Assembly: GCA_040767085.1 (NCBI GenBank)
Contig: JAXGPF010000011.1
Span: 32,001-96,000 of the forward strand
Reading direction: 5' to 3'
DNA: 64,000 nucleotides
Origin: Kiritimatiellia bacterium
Lineage (GTDB): Bacteria > Verrucomicrobiota > Kiritimatiellia > JAAZAB01
Shown: one piece after another, positions 29,422 through 39,211 of the stretch
Layout of the letters: the number at the start of each line of letters is the position of its first letter
Numbering within the stretch: the first letter of the stretch is position 1
Notes under the pieces: generated by a model
The model's input: the letters and a program-made list of their open reading frames with translations, nothing else
What the model was told of the DNA's origin: nothing
The model's database searches: none
Translations under genes and position numbers: made by a program

Positions 29422-31593
29422 TTAAACCGGCAATACCAACTCGCCGCTCCCGGCGCCCTCCACCCGTAACCGGCGGACCGCCGCCGCATCGCCGCTGGCG
29501 GCTTTGGCGCGGCGGAATTTCTCCGGCAGATAGACGAACAGGTGTCCGGGCCGCCGCACGCGGAGTCCGCGGCAGACCATGGCCTGCCGCCGCGGATCGT
29601 ATTCCACGGCCTCGAATTCCACCCCGCCCTGGGTAATGTGCCAGTCCGTTCCCACCAGTTGGGGCACATCCCGGACCGCCCGGACACCGATGACGCGGCA
29701 ATGCCCCGCCGGCAGGCCGGACACCCGGTACCCGCCGGAATGGATGCCCAGGTAGGCGCCGGCCCAGAAGTCAAACAGGTGGTAATCCCGGACGGCGTCC
29801 AGGCCGAATGCGGCGAAATCAATAATATAATCGCGCGGCCGCGCCAGGGGATGGGCGTTAATCACTCCCGCTACCCGCCAGGACTCGCCGGCATTCGCCA
29901 CGGGCAAATCCAGCAGCGCCGGATATTCCTGCTCGAAAAAATCCACCGTGCGCGCACCCGCGGAATACGGCGGCAATACCTTGCTCAATATTTCCACCTG
30001 CGCCGGCGGCAGCCCCGGCAGACGATCGCCCAGGATCGCCAGGCCGTTGGTCAATCCCACCAGGGAAGCCCAGGTGACGGCCTCCGCCGGACTGAGTTCG
30101 GAACGGTCGCCGGCCGGACGCACCGACAGGTAATCCGGGTCATTCGCCCACCAGCGCCGGTGAAGGAAGGCGAAATTCATGGCGGAATTCACGCCGCGCC
30201 GGATGTAGCCCGGCCCGGGATAGCGGTCGCGCTCGCCGTGATGCTTGTCAATCCGCTTGACATCCCACCGCGCGCCGATATCGCCGCCGATGCGCATGGC
30301 GTCGCTCAGACCGGTGAAAGCCCCGAAGAGGCAGGCATTCAGCAGATAGACCTCATCGCCCAGGCCGGCGCGGAAAGCTTCCATCCCCAGGCGCATGGCC
30401 TGGATTTTCGTCACGCCCGGGTCCGCCAGCACCCCGGCGGCGGACATTGGCTGCACATTGGCCCCGTCCAGCTTGACGTATTCAAAGCCGTACTCCCGGA
30501 CAGATGCGCCCAACTGCCACACCCACTCCCGCGCCGCCGGGATGCTGCAATCCAGGATGAACACCTGCTTGACCGCGTAACCGCTGACCGCCACCGGCCG
30601 GTTGTCGCGGTCCCGGATGACCCAGTCCGGGTGTTCCCGGTAAAGGCGGCTGGACTCGGCCGCCAGAAACGGGCAGAGCCAGAGCCCCGGCTTGAATCCC
30701 AGTTTTTTGATTTCACCGGCCAGCCAGCGCAAGCCGTGCGGAAACTTTTCGTTGGTTTCCAGCCAATCGCCTTCGCACTGCTGGAACCCGTGGTCAAGTT
30801 GGATGTATTCCACCGGAATCTGCTCGCGGTGCGCCGCCAGCCAGCGCGTGTTTTCCAGCACATCGTCCTCGGTAATTTTGGCGAGGTAATAATCCCACGA
30901 ACCCCAGCCGGCGGCCACGCACGTTGTCCGGCGCGGCGCGATTTGCTGATTCTGCGCCACGAGGCCGGTGTATTCTTCCAGGGCGCACGCCGGGGTATCG
31001 GCCACGTTGACATACAGCGGCACGGTTTCCACTTCCGCGCCCGGCGCCAGCGGCAGCCGGTCAAACCCGCAGGCGGCGCGCAGGTAATCCAGGCTGTAAA
31101 CCGCCTCGTCGAAATGCAGCCGGAACACGCCATGCTGCCGGCCGAACCGCAGGAACCCCAGTGTCAGGTATTTCCGGTTCCGGCGGTCGCCCGCCACCAT
31201 GTAATCGGCCATGTAAAAATCATTTTTGATCGCGTCGACACGCCAGACGCCCAGGTCATAAACTCCGCACCCATCAGTTACAGTATCGGCCATGCCGAAT
31301 ACCGTCCAGGCTGCCGGCATGCTGCCGAATTCCAGCCGCCCGCCCCATTCCGCGTCGATGGAGAGCGGCACGATTTCACGCAGCGTCAGCGGCCGGCCGC
31401 TGACATTCCGCACCGCCGCGCGGATCAGCCAACAGCCAGGACGCACCTGCTCCACCCGGGATGCCACTTCCACCGGCGCGCCGGGCGCGCCGGCCCCCAC
31501 CCGCGTGATTACTCCATCGGCATCCTGCACCACGGCTTCCGCCGCCGCGCGTTGAATGATATCCGTCGCCAGTTCCAGGTGCTTGATTTTCAT
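29422..31593 (-). CDS. Alpha-galactosidase-like enzyme, GH36 (clan D)
   Basis: GWGSWDYY, IQLDHGFQ..EGDW...EKFPHG, PGLWLCPF, YVKLDG, MRIGGD, WANDPD. Confidence 0.85.
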   Translation of the reverse strand: MKIKHLELATDIIQRAAAEAVVQDADGVITRVGAGAPGAPVEVASRVEQVRPGCWLIRAAVRNVSGRPLTLREIVPLSIDAEWGGRLEFGSMPAAWTVFGMADTVTDGCGVYDLGVWRVDAIKNDFYMADYMVAGDRRNRKYLTLGFLRFGRQHGVFRLHFDEAVYSLDYLRAACGFDRLPLAPGAEVETVPLYVNVADTPACALEEYTGLVAQNQQIAPRRTTCVAAGWGSWDYYLAKITEDDVLENTRWLAAHREQIPVEYIQLDHGFQQCEGDWLETNEKFPHGLRWLAGEIKKLGFKPGLWLCPFLAAESSRLYREHPDWVIRDRDNRPVAVSGYAVKQVFILDCSIPAAREWVWQLGASVREYGFEYVKLDGANVQPMSAAGVLADPGVTKIQAMRLGMEAFRAGLGDEVYLLNACLFGAFTGLSDAMRIGGDIGARWDVKRIDKHHGERDRYPGPGYIRRGVNSAMNFAFLHRRWWANDPDYLSVRPAGDRSELSPAEAVTWASLVGLTNGLAILGDRLPGLPPAQVEILSKVLPPYSAGARTVDFFEQEYPALLDLPVANAGESWRVAGVINAHPLARPRDYIIDFAAFGLDAVRDYHLFDFWAGAYLGIHSGGYRVSGLPAGHCRVIGVRAVRDVPQLVGTDWHITQGGVEFEAVEYDPRRQAMVCRGLRVRRPGHLFVYLPEKFRRAKAASGDAAAVRRLRVEGAGSGELVLPV

Positions 31594-32065
31594 ATTTAAA
31601 ATTTAGCGGCTTCCAATGAAATTATAACCTATTGGGCGTTGATTATAGCAGGCTGCGCCGGCAATGCGAATTGATTTTTCCGGCGCCTTCCAGTGGCGTG
31701 CAATTTCCGACAATTTCGGCCAGGTTAAACCATCCTGGCCGAAATTGGGCCACCGCGTTGTGAATTCCGCTCCCCGAGCCTGTCGAGGGGTTCGAAAAGA
31801 CAAGGCAAGTTTGGGGTGGATGCGTGGTCGCAGGGTCCGCGCAGCGGACAGACGCCCCAAAGAACGCCTGTGCGGCTCGCACTGGCCGCCGTCCTTTTCG
31901 AACGGAATTCGCTACGCATCCCTGCTGCCGCACTACCCCAACTAATTTGTCTTACACCCCCAGCGACGTGCAGGCATGCCGGGATTGCGCCTCATGGCAT
32001 GGCGCCGGGGCGTTTGAAGATGCATGGGTGCTGTCGGCGGGCGTCGTATCGTCCCCGATCCGGCG

Positions 32066-33388
32066 TCACTGCGGCATTACTTTAACCGCCACGCTCGCCG
32101 GGCCGCGCCATGGATAATAACCAATGCTTTCCGCCGTCTGATATCCAGCGGCCTGCACGCGGATGTCATATTGGAAATCCACCGCCTCCGGCACAGATGA
32201 ACCTTCCACTGCTTTTTCCAGGCGGGCGGTCAACAGGATGCCAGACCGACCGGCATTGACGCCGGCAACTCCGGCGGCATCCGTTTGAAACATCATCCGC
32301 TCCCCATCCATGCCGCCGGAAATCGCCACCGCCGCATTGGGCACCGGCCGGCCGGCCTGGTCTTGCACGATGAACTGCACGCGCCGCTTGATCAAGACCT
32401 GCGGCTGCCAGTTTTTCCCCGAGGCGTAGGCAGTGCGCCCGTACAGATCGGCCTCCAGCGGCGGCTGGATTTCGCAGCCAACCAGGATGAATTCACGGCA
32501 ATTGTCAACCGTCCAGTTGCGCCGGTTGCGTTCAAACCTGCAATCGGTAATGACCAGGAACGTATGCGGGGACTGCACGACCGTTTCGCAATCGCGGAAG
32601 ACGCACCCGGTAATCAGGTTGTGTTTATGTGGTGTTTCCTTGTAGCCGCACAAGGCTGATTTGGCATGCGCCAGCACGGAATTTTCGATGCGGGTGTCCA
32701 GGTGCATGACCAGGCCGGCGGTAAGGCAGCCCTTGCACCAGGAAATTTCGCTGTTTTGGATCCGGATGCTGTCGCCCGCCAGGTAAACATTTCCATATCC
32801 GAACGGCGCGCCCAGTGCATGTTCCGCATCCTGAACCAACGCGGTGATTCTGCTGTTGAACATATGCAGTTGGCCGGAGTATAGGCCCCGGGCGCGCTTG
32901 CCTTCCGGCCGGACGCCAATATAGACGCTGTGTTCATTATTCGTTGCGCAATCCACTTGGATGACGGCGTTGATATTGGAATCCACGGCGCTGCCCAGAG
33001 TCAACCGGTTAATTCCGACCCGGCCGGTGGCGGAATTCGTACCGCAGGGGCAGACAAACAGGTTGCCGTTGAGAACAAGGCATGGGCGCGGTTCATCCGG
33101 CGAGCCGATATCAAAATAAGTTTCCGTACCGTCATCGGCGCCGACGCATAAATCGGCGTTAACCTGATAAATGCCGTTGCTTGCATCATAATGGACCTTG
33201 TGCCATCCGCATATCCGGTCAATCCGCGCCAGCAGGGAGAGATTGCAGGGCGCCGCCGCCGGATAATCCGTGACCCATATCCGGTTGTTACCCGCATCAT
33301 AATGAATTCCAGCCAGGGCCAAGCCGGCCCAACATATAATAATCAACGCATATTGCCATCGCCAACGCAATCGTTTCATGGATACCAC
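32066..33388 (-). CDS. Secreted hypothetical protein with beta-helix-like middle and Ig/carboxypeptidase-regulatory-like C-terminus
   Basis: Signal peptide; ITGCVFRDC/ITDCRFERN repeats; VQDQAGRPVPNAAV...TDAAG. Confidence 0.55.
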   Translation of the reverse strand: MVSMKRLRWRWQYALIIICWAGLALAGIHYDAGNNRIWVTDYPAAAPCNLSLLARIDRICGWHKVHYDASNGIYQVNADLCVGADDGTETYFDIGSPDEPRPCLVLNGNLFVCPCGTNSATGRVGINRLTLGSAVDSNINAVIQVDCATNNEHSVYIGVRPEGKRARGLYSGQLHMFNSRITALVQDAEHALGAPFGYGNVYLAGDSIRIQNSEISWCKGCLTAGLVMHLDTRIENSVLAHAKSALCGYKETPHKHNLITGCVFRDCETVVQSPHTFLVITDCRFERNRRNWTVDNCREFILVGCEIQPPLEADLYGRTAYASGKNWQPQVLIKRRVQFIVQDQAGRPVPNAAVAISGGMDGERMMFQTDAAGVAGVNAGRSGILLTARLEKAVEGSSVPEAVDFQYDIRVQAAGYQTAESIGYYPWRGPASVAVKVMPQ

Positions 33389-33524
33389 CCCTTCCCTCTC
33401 TCACCGGACATCAGAGATCGGGCCACACGGCCGATCTTTTTGACCGCGGCCGTTAAGCCAGCGTCCAACCGGGCACCTGCCCTGCGGACTTCAACGATTG
33501 GAATCACCCGAGACAATCGTGCAA

Positions 33525-33595
33525 CTATTTCCTGCAAGGCGGACGCGCCTGTCGGGCGGTCTTCTCCGACTGAATCATCCCGCCAACCTGTTTTA
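33525..33595 (-). pseudogene. Separated 3' end of the GH29 gene
   Basis: Removing the IS and one TSD copy gives ...RDRDIQILKQVGGMIQSEKTARQARPPCRK* with the stop at 33525. Confidence 0.85.
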
Positions 33596-33603
33596 ATATT
33601 TGA

Positions 33604-34964
33604 GGGGCTTCAGACTTTTGAATGGGCACCCCCTACAGGTTGTGGTAATAGTGGTGAATGAATGCAAATACATTATACGCGAAATTGTTGGGATTGCGAG
33701 GGCCTTGGTTGGTTAGTCGGGTTGAGGTGAACGAGAGTGCCCGTCGTGTGGACGTATGGGTTAAGCATGAACCGGGAGTGCAAGTGGCCTGTCCGGAATG
33801 TGGGCAATTTGGGCCAGTGTACGACCACACGGCGGAACGCGAATATCGGCATCTTAACAGTTGTGAAATGGCGACGTATGTGCATGTGCGACTGCCGCGT
33901 GCGCAGTGCGCTCGGCACGGGGTTAAGCAGATTCTTTCGGAGTTTGGCGAGAATGGTTCGCCGATGACATATGCCTTTGAACGACAGATTATTACAGTGC
34001 TTGAGGAATGCAGCTTGAGTGGAGCTAGTCGATTGACGGGGATTAGCTGGGAGCAGGCGTGGGCGGTGGTGGAACGTGGTGTAGCGCGCGGCTGGGATCG
34101 CAAGGAACATAAGTTGCCGGCACGGATCGGGGTGGACGAGAAATCGTTTGCAAAAGGCCACAAGTACGAGACGCTGGTCTATGATTTGGAGCAAGCGACG
34201 GTGGAATATGTGGCCGACAATCGGGAGCAGGGAAGCTTGGAAGGATATTACAAACAGTTCACGCTGGAAGAGCGCGCGGCGGTGGAAGCCGTGGCCATGG
34301 ACATGTGGGATCCGTACATCGCGGCGACACGCGCTTGGATTTCCGCTGCCCACCAGAAGATCGTCTTTGATCGATACCATGTGACAGCCTATGTTTCCAA
34401 GGCAGTCGACGAGGTTCGCAAGATCGAACACCGGCAATTGATGCAAGTGGGCCGAGAGGATTTGAAACACACGAAGTATCTTTGGCTTTGGAATGAAGAA
34501 AATATTCCCGATTGGCGTCGTGTGGAGTTCGAACAACTCAAATCCCAAGATTTGAAGGTTTGCCGGGCGTGGGCGATCAAGGAGAATCTGCGGCATCTGT
34601 GGTCGTATCGTTCGGTGGCCTGGGCGCGGAAGTTCTTTAAGCGGTGGTATCACTGGGCAACACACTCCCGGTTGCCTGCTATGGTCAAGGCGGCGAAGAC
34701 CTTGATGGCACATATGGCTAACATCGTCACCTTTGCCAAACTCCGCGTTACCAACGCCATGGGCGAAAGCCTTAATAGCAAGATAGAAAAGGTCAAACGG
34801 ATGGCCTGCGGTTTCCGCAACCGGGATCACTATAAAAAAGCCATTTATTTTCATTGTGGAGGACTCGATCTCATGCCGAAAGCGCCCGCGTCTCCAATGA
34901 TCCGCCTTTTCGCATGCTGACACCACTACATATGGGGGCTACCCACACAAAACCCGGAAGCGGC
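33604..34964 (+). mobile_element. Intact ISL3-family insertion sequence with 8-bp TSD
   Basis: ATATTTGA at 33596-33603 and 34965-34972. Imperfect terminal IRs GCTTCAGACTTTTGAATGGG / CCCACACAAAACCCGGAAGC. Confidence 0.95.
33658..34920 (+). CDS. ISL3 family transposase
   Basis: CPECG zinc finger, IGVDEK, VAMDMW.PY, VFDRYHV, TNA..ESLNSKI..VKRMACGFRN. Confidence 0.96.
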   Translation: MNANTLYAKLLGLRGPWLVSRVEVNESARRVDVWVKHEPGVQVACPECGQFGPVYDHTAEREYRHLNSCEMATYVHVRLPRAQCARHGVKQILSEFGENGSPMTYAFERQIITVLEECSLSGASRLTGISWEQAWAVVERGVARGWDRKEHKLPARIGVDEKSFAKGHKYETLVYDLEQATVEYVADNREQGSLEGYYKQFTLEERAAVEAVAMDMWDPYIAATRAWISAAHQKIVFDRYHVTAYVSKAVDEVRKIEHRQLMQVGREDLKHTKYLWLWNEENIPDWRRVEFEQLKSQDLKVCRAWAIKENLRHLWSYRSVAWARKFFKRWYHWATHSRLPAMVKAAKTLMAHMANIVTFAKLRVTNAMGESLNSKIEKVKRMACGFRNRDHYKKAIYFHCGGLDLMPKAPASPMIRLFAC

Positions 34965-34972
34965 ATATTTGA

Positions 34973-35937
34973 ATATCTCTATCCCGCAGTTTGCCTTCCG
35001 GACTGGGGCCGATGTCCAGCGAGAAGATATTGCCGAATTTCACTGCGCCCAAGTAGTCCCGATATATTTTGTCGGCAGAGTGATAAGACTCCGGTTTGAT
35101 GGCGGGATTATCAAACCAATGTGTACTGGATATAGGATAGGTGAATTCGGCGACGAGGTATCCCTTGTAGGTTCCTTCGGCCTCCTTGTTGTGCCCGGAT
35201 GTCTTGGTATCCCCGATCTTGCCAAACGTTCCTTGCTCACGAAGGCAAAGCCGGCCGGCTGGTTGACCATGATTGAACCCCACAAAACAGTTCGGCTGGA
35301 GCTTATTAACCCACGCCACAGTTTCTTCGTGGGACAGACCTCCATCACTACATGCGGCATGATCCATCCAGAAAAACTCGATTGGACCGTAAAGGGTGCA
35401 GAGTTCCTTTAGCAGAGCCATTTTGTTCTCGGCCGCTTGTTTCTTTTCCCGCAGGGTTTCGCGGGGGTGCCTCCAGTCCCCTTCGGAAAAGTAGAGAGCG
35501 AGCTTGATGCCGTGCTTGTCACACGACTGTCGAAGCTTCGCCAGCGCATCCATTTTTAATGGACTATTGGTTACCTTCAAATCCGTCGTTTTAGTGTCCC
35601 ACAAACAGAAGCCGTCATGATGCTTGGTCAGGAATAGGATATACTTCATTCCCGCGGCCTTTGCCGTCTCGCACCACTGATCTGTGTCACATCCCGTTAC
35701 CTTGAAGAACTCCGGACCGTGCGGTTCTTTGGTCCACTCGCTGCCAGATACCGAACTGAAGGACCAAGAGATGAACATGCCAAATCGCAAATCCTTGATC
35801 TGTTGAGCTCTTACTCCGTCAGGAATTTTGTTTGGGTTGATCACAGATTCGTCCGGAATTGCCGTTTCAGTCATTGCGGGAGCTGGCGCCGTGGTGAACT
35901 TTTTGGTTTGGCGCGTGAATATATCCGGTTTAATCAT
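34973..35937 (-). pseudogene. Alpha-L-fucosidase (GH29), interrupted near its 3' end by ISL3
   Basis: LRFGMFISW, DQWCETAKAAGMKY..FLTKHHDGFCLWDT, LYFS, YGPIEFFWMDH, FSLDIGP..EG.L. Confidence 0.88.
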
Positions 35938-38900
35938 CGGTAAATTCCGTCGGCTCGGATCCGACCTCAAGTTGCATGGCATCCAGCCAGATTGTTGTGC
36001 CGTTCCCGGTTGGCGCAATCAGGACGCCGCGGTCGCGATAACGCTCGGGCGGGAAAACGCCCTTGACGGAATACCGCCGCCACTCGCCAGTTAAGTTGAA
36101 CGTGGTATCCTGGTCCAGCACCCGCACGAAGGCCCGATCGCCATCCTTTTCACCCCGCATGTAAATGGAAAACACGTATGGCGCGGGCTGATCGAGTTCC
36201 GGGGGATACCCGATGCCGAACATCCCCCAGCACATGTCCGCGCTTGCGACTGCCCGGGTCATGCGCAGGGAGTGCCGGCCATGGAACGGCCGCGCCTGGT
36301 CCAATCCCCAAAGCGCCCGCGGATCTCCCACCGGCGGAAAGCCGAGTACCCGGTATGGCACAACATGTTTCGGCCAGAGCGGCAGGGATGGTTCCTCGAA
36401 CGACGGGTTGGCCATGACATTCCGGCAGCCGCGGCGCATGGCCTGGGCATTGACCCGCTCTTCCGGCACAAATCCGTCCTTTTGCGGCTCGGCTTTAACA
36501 GTAATCGCGATGGCGGCGGGGCTATTTCCCGCCTGGGCCAATCCGCCCGGAAGGTATAGGCGCGCACGCCAAATCCTTCCAGACGGTCCTGCCATACGCC
36601 GTCTTTCACCGGATACACCTCCTCCGCAAATAACCGCCCGGCCTGCGCCGTTCCCGCCAGCGCGGGAATGGAATACTCCACCGTAACCGGATATTCCCGG
36701 CTGTTGGCCGCCAATAGCACATAGCCGCCCGCCGGGTTCCGGCGCAAGGCGACCTGCACGTCCGGGAACCGCATGTTTTCCGGATCGAACACGCCCGGCT
36801 CGTACTTGATATCCTGTTCGTTGTCCGGCGTCAGGGCGATGGGGCCCAGTTGCTTCATCCGCCGGCCCAACTCGCGGAAGGCGGCATAAGTTTCTCCGTG
36901 CGAAAACGAGGTTGACACAAAGTAACAAAAACCCTTGGCGCCATGAATGATGGCCAGGTAGGTCTGGCAAATCTGTTCCGCCGGCAGCAGCGGCCGCGGC
37001 GTCCGCCGCGGGTCCAGAAACTCGGCCAGCGGCACCACCCAGGCCGGCTGATGCACGCTGTCGGCCCGGCGCTTCAACAGGGCGGTTTCCCGGGCAACGT
37101 AGTTGGGCGAGGCGTAGACTTCCTGGTTATGCCCGGCCATCAGGTAAACGTCATAGCCCAGGATATCGCTGCAGGCCGTGGCGATCGGCACATGGGGAAT
37201 GGACCGGGCATACAGCAGCATCACCGGATGGTAACCGTCCTGGCGGTGCGCCTGCTCGTAGATCATCCGCGCGCCCTCGATTTTCAGATCGAAATCGCCC
37301 AGGTTCGGCTCGTCCACGTTGTAATATGTCAGCAGGCTGGGATGATCCATGCCGGCGGCAATGGCGCCCTCGATCGCCTGCATCTGTTCGGCCATGTGCG
37401 CCTGGTACGCGCGCATGGCCTCCGCCGGTGATTTGCCGGGAATGGCATGCGGCGCCCGCGGGCCGTAGCCCGGCAGGTTCTCAATCACCATCAGGTTGTG
37501 CTTTTGCGCCAGGTCCAGGTAGGGCTTGGTCACCGTAGGCTTCATGCCGACATTCCAATGCCCCAGCGTATTGAAACCCAGCTCCGCCATGCGCTTGAAC
37601 ATCTCATCCTCGTAAGGCTGGATGTCTTCCACCCCGCCGCCGCTCAGGTAAATGCCGAACGGAAAAAACGGTTCGCCGTTTTTCAGAACGATCCGGTTAA
37701 ACCGGTCAATCTTGATTTCACACCCCGGTTTGGGCGGTTTTTTGTCGAGCCGCACCGGTCGGCTCATCAGGCGCCGGCCGTCCGCGCCCAGCAGCTCCAC
37801 CGCCAAATCCCGGCCGCCCGTCGGCAGGCTCGCGATCTTGAGGCTATAATCCGCCGTGCCGGCGCGGAGATCATGCCGGCCCAACTCTCCGGCCTCCGCG
37901 TCGCTGATCACTATAACCATACCCTTGACCATGTCCGGCGGAAATCCCACCCGGCATCGGATTTGCGCTTCCGTCTCCGTGGTGTAATAATTCCGATCCA
38001 AAACCGGCGCCGCCATCGGCGTCAGCCGGCCGGCGCCGGAAGCCGCCATTTCCTGCAGGAGTTCCCCGGTCCGGCTATCCACCAGCGCCGCGCTGACCTC
38101 GCGCTGCCCCATGGCCGCCACCGGCACACGCAATTCGAATTCCGCCTGCTGCATCCCCGCCAGCCCGACGATATTGGTCACACTGCGGCCGGCGCCTTCC
38201 AAAGGGCGGTCGCGGACGACCACCGCCACCTGCCCGGTCTCCGGCGTGAAGGTATGCGCCGTGACGCGGACAGTATAACGGCAAGCCTCCGCGGCGCCTT
38301 CATAATCGCCGATAACCGCCTGTTTCAGCGCCGGCAAAAACGGCGATTTGACCGCAATTTCGTCCAATCCGCGCAAATAGCCAAACGCCCGCGGTTCATG
38401 GAAGTCGCGGCTCACCCGCGCCAGCGAACTGTGGACGGTCTTGACGGCCGTCATCTCGCCCACTCCGTCCAGGGTCATCTGAATCATGTTGCGGCATAGA
38501 TTCATCCGCGCCTGTTCCGGACGGCCATGCGCCGCTGCCAGGAACATCGGGATGGCGATTTCCGCCGTCCAGCCGTCTTCCCGCCGGATCGTGGCCGACC
38601 GCCAGGGGGTATCCCAGCCGGCATCCCGGCCGGTGGGCGTCACCCGGCGTTCCGCGCGCAGGTTGGCGAAGGAAAGCAGGTAATGGTAATAGTCCTGGCC
38701 ATCCGTACCCGGATCGAGAAATAACTCCACGCTGTCGTCCAGGTGGATGGCGCCTTCCTTCTCAAATATCTTCTGCTCCAATTGCTTCATTTCCGGGTTA
38801 CGGCAGTCCATCCCCAGGTAAAGCCAGCGCTCATCGCAGCAGATTTTAACGGCCGTGGCATTGGTCTGCCGCACCGGTTCGCCGCCAAAGATATAAAATT

Positions 38901-39087
38901 GATCCAGCGATTCAGCGGCCCGCCAACAGGGATCATCCAGCCGGCCGTCTATGGCCGGCGCCGCCGCGCAGCGCGCCACGTTGATTTCCGGCGGCGCCGG
39001 CGCCTGCGCCGATGTCATCCCCACGGCCAGCAAAAACATCATTACCCCTGCCCATCCATTTGTACGATGCATGCAAGACCCCTTCAT
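35930..39087 (-). pseudogene. Secreted modular protein (CBM9-like, Ig, putative GH TIM barrel, C-terminal CBM-like) with a frameshift near 36540
   Basis: APAIDGRLDD..W and DDSVELFLDP (CBM9-like), NGEPFFPFGIY, YYNVDEPN. ORF 36259-39087 continues in the frame of 35930-36970 (NPSFE...WLDAMQLEVG), as in paralogue 41114-44611. Confidence 0.75.
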
Positions 39088-39211
39088 ATGTGTTGGTTTA
39101 AAAGTGTTCGGTGTTGAAAGTTGAGTTCCTGGAAACGTTCACGCGGATAGGGCAAGCTTGACGCCGCTTGCACGCTTGCGCCAGCCGGCCGCGGATATTC
39201 CGCCTCCGCGG

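Noticed and set aside
31770-31945. ncRNA or riboswitch upstream of GH36
   Set aside because: Contains a CCCCGAGCCTGTCGAGGGG REP-like hairpin and imperfect terminal inverted repeats, which fits a dispersed repeat better; no aptamer consensus recognised.
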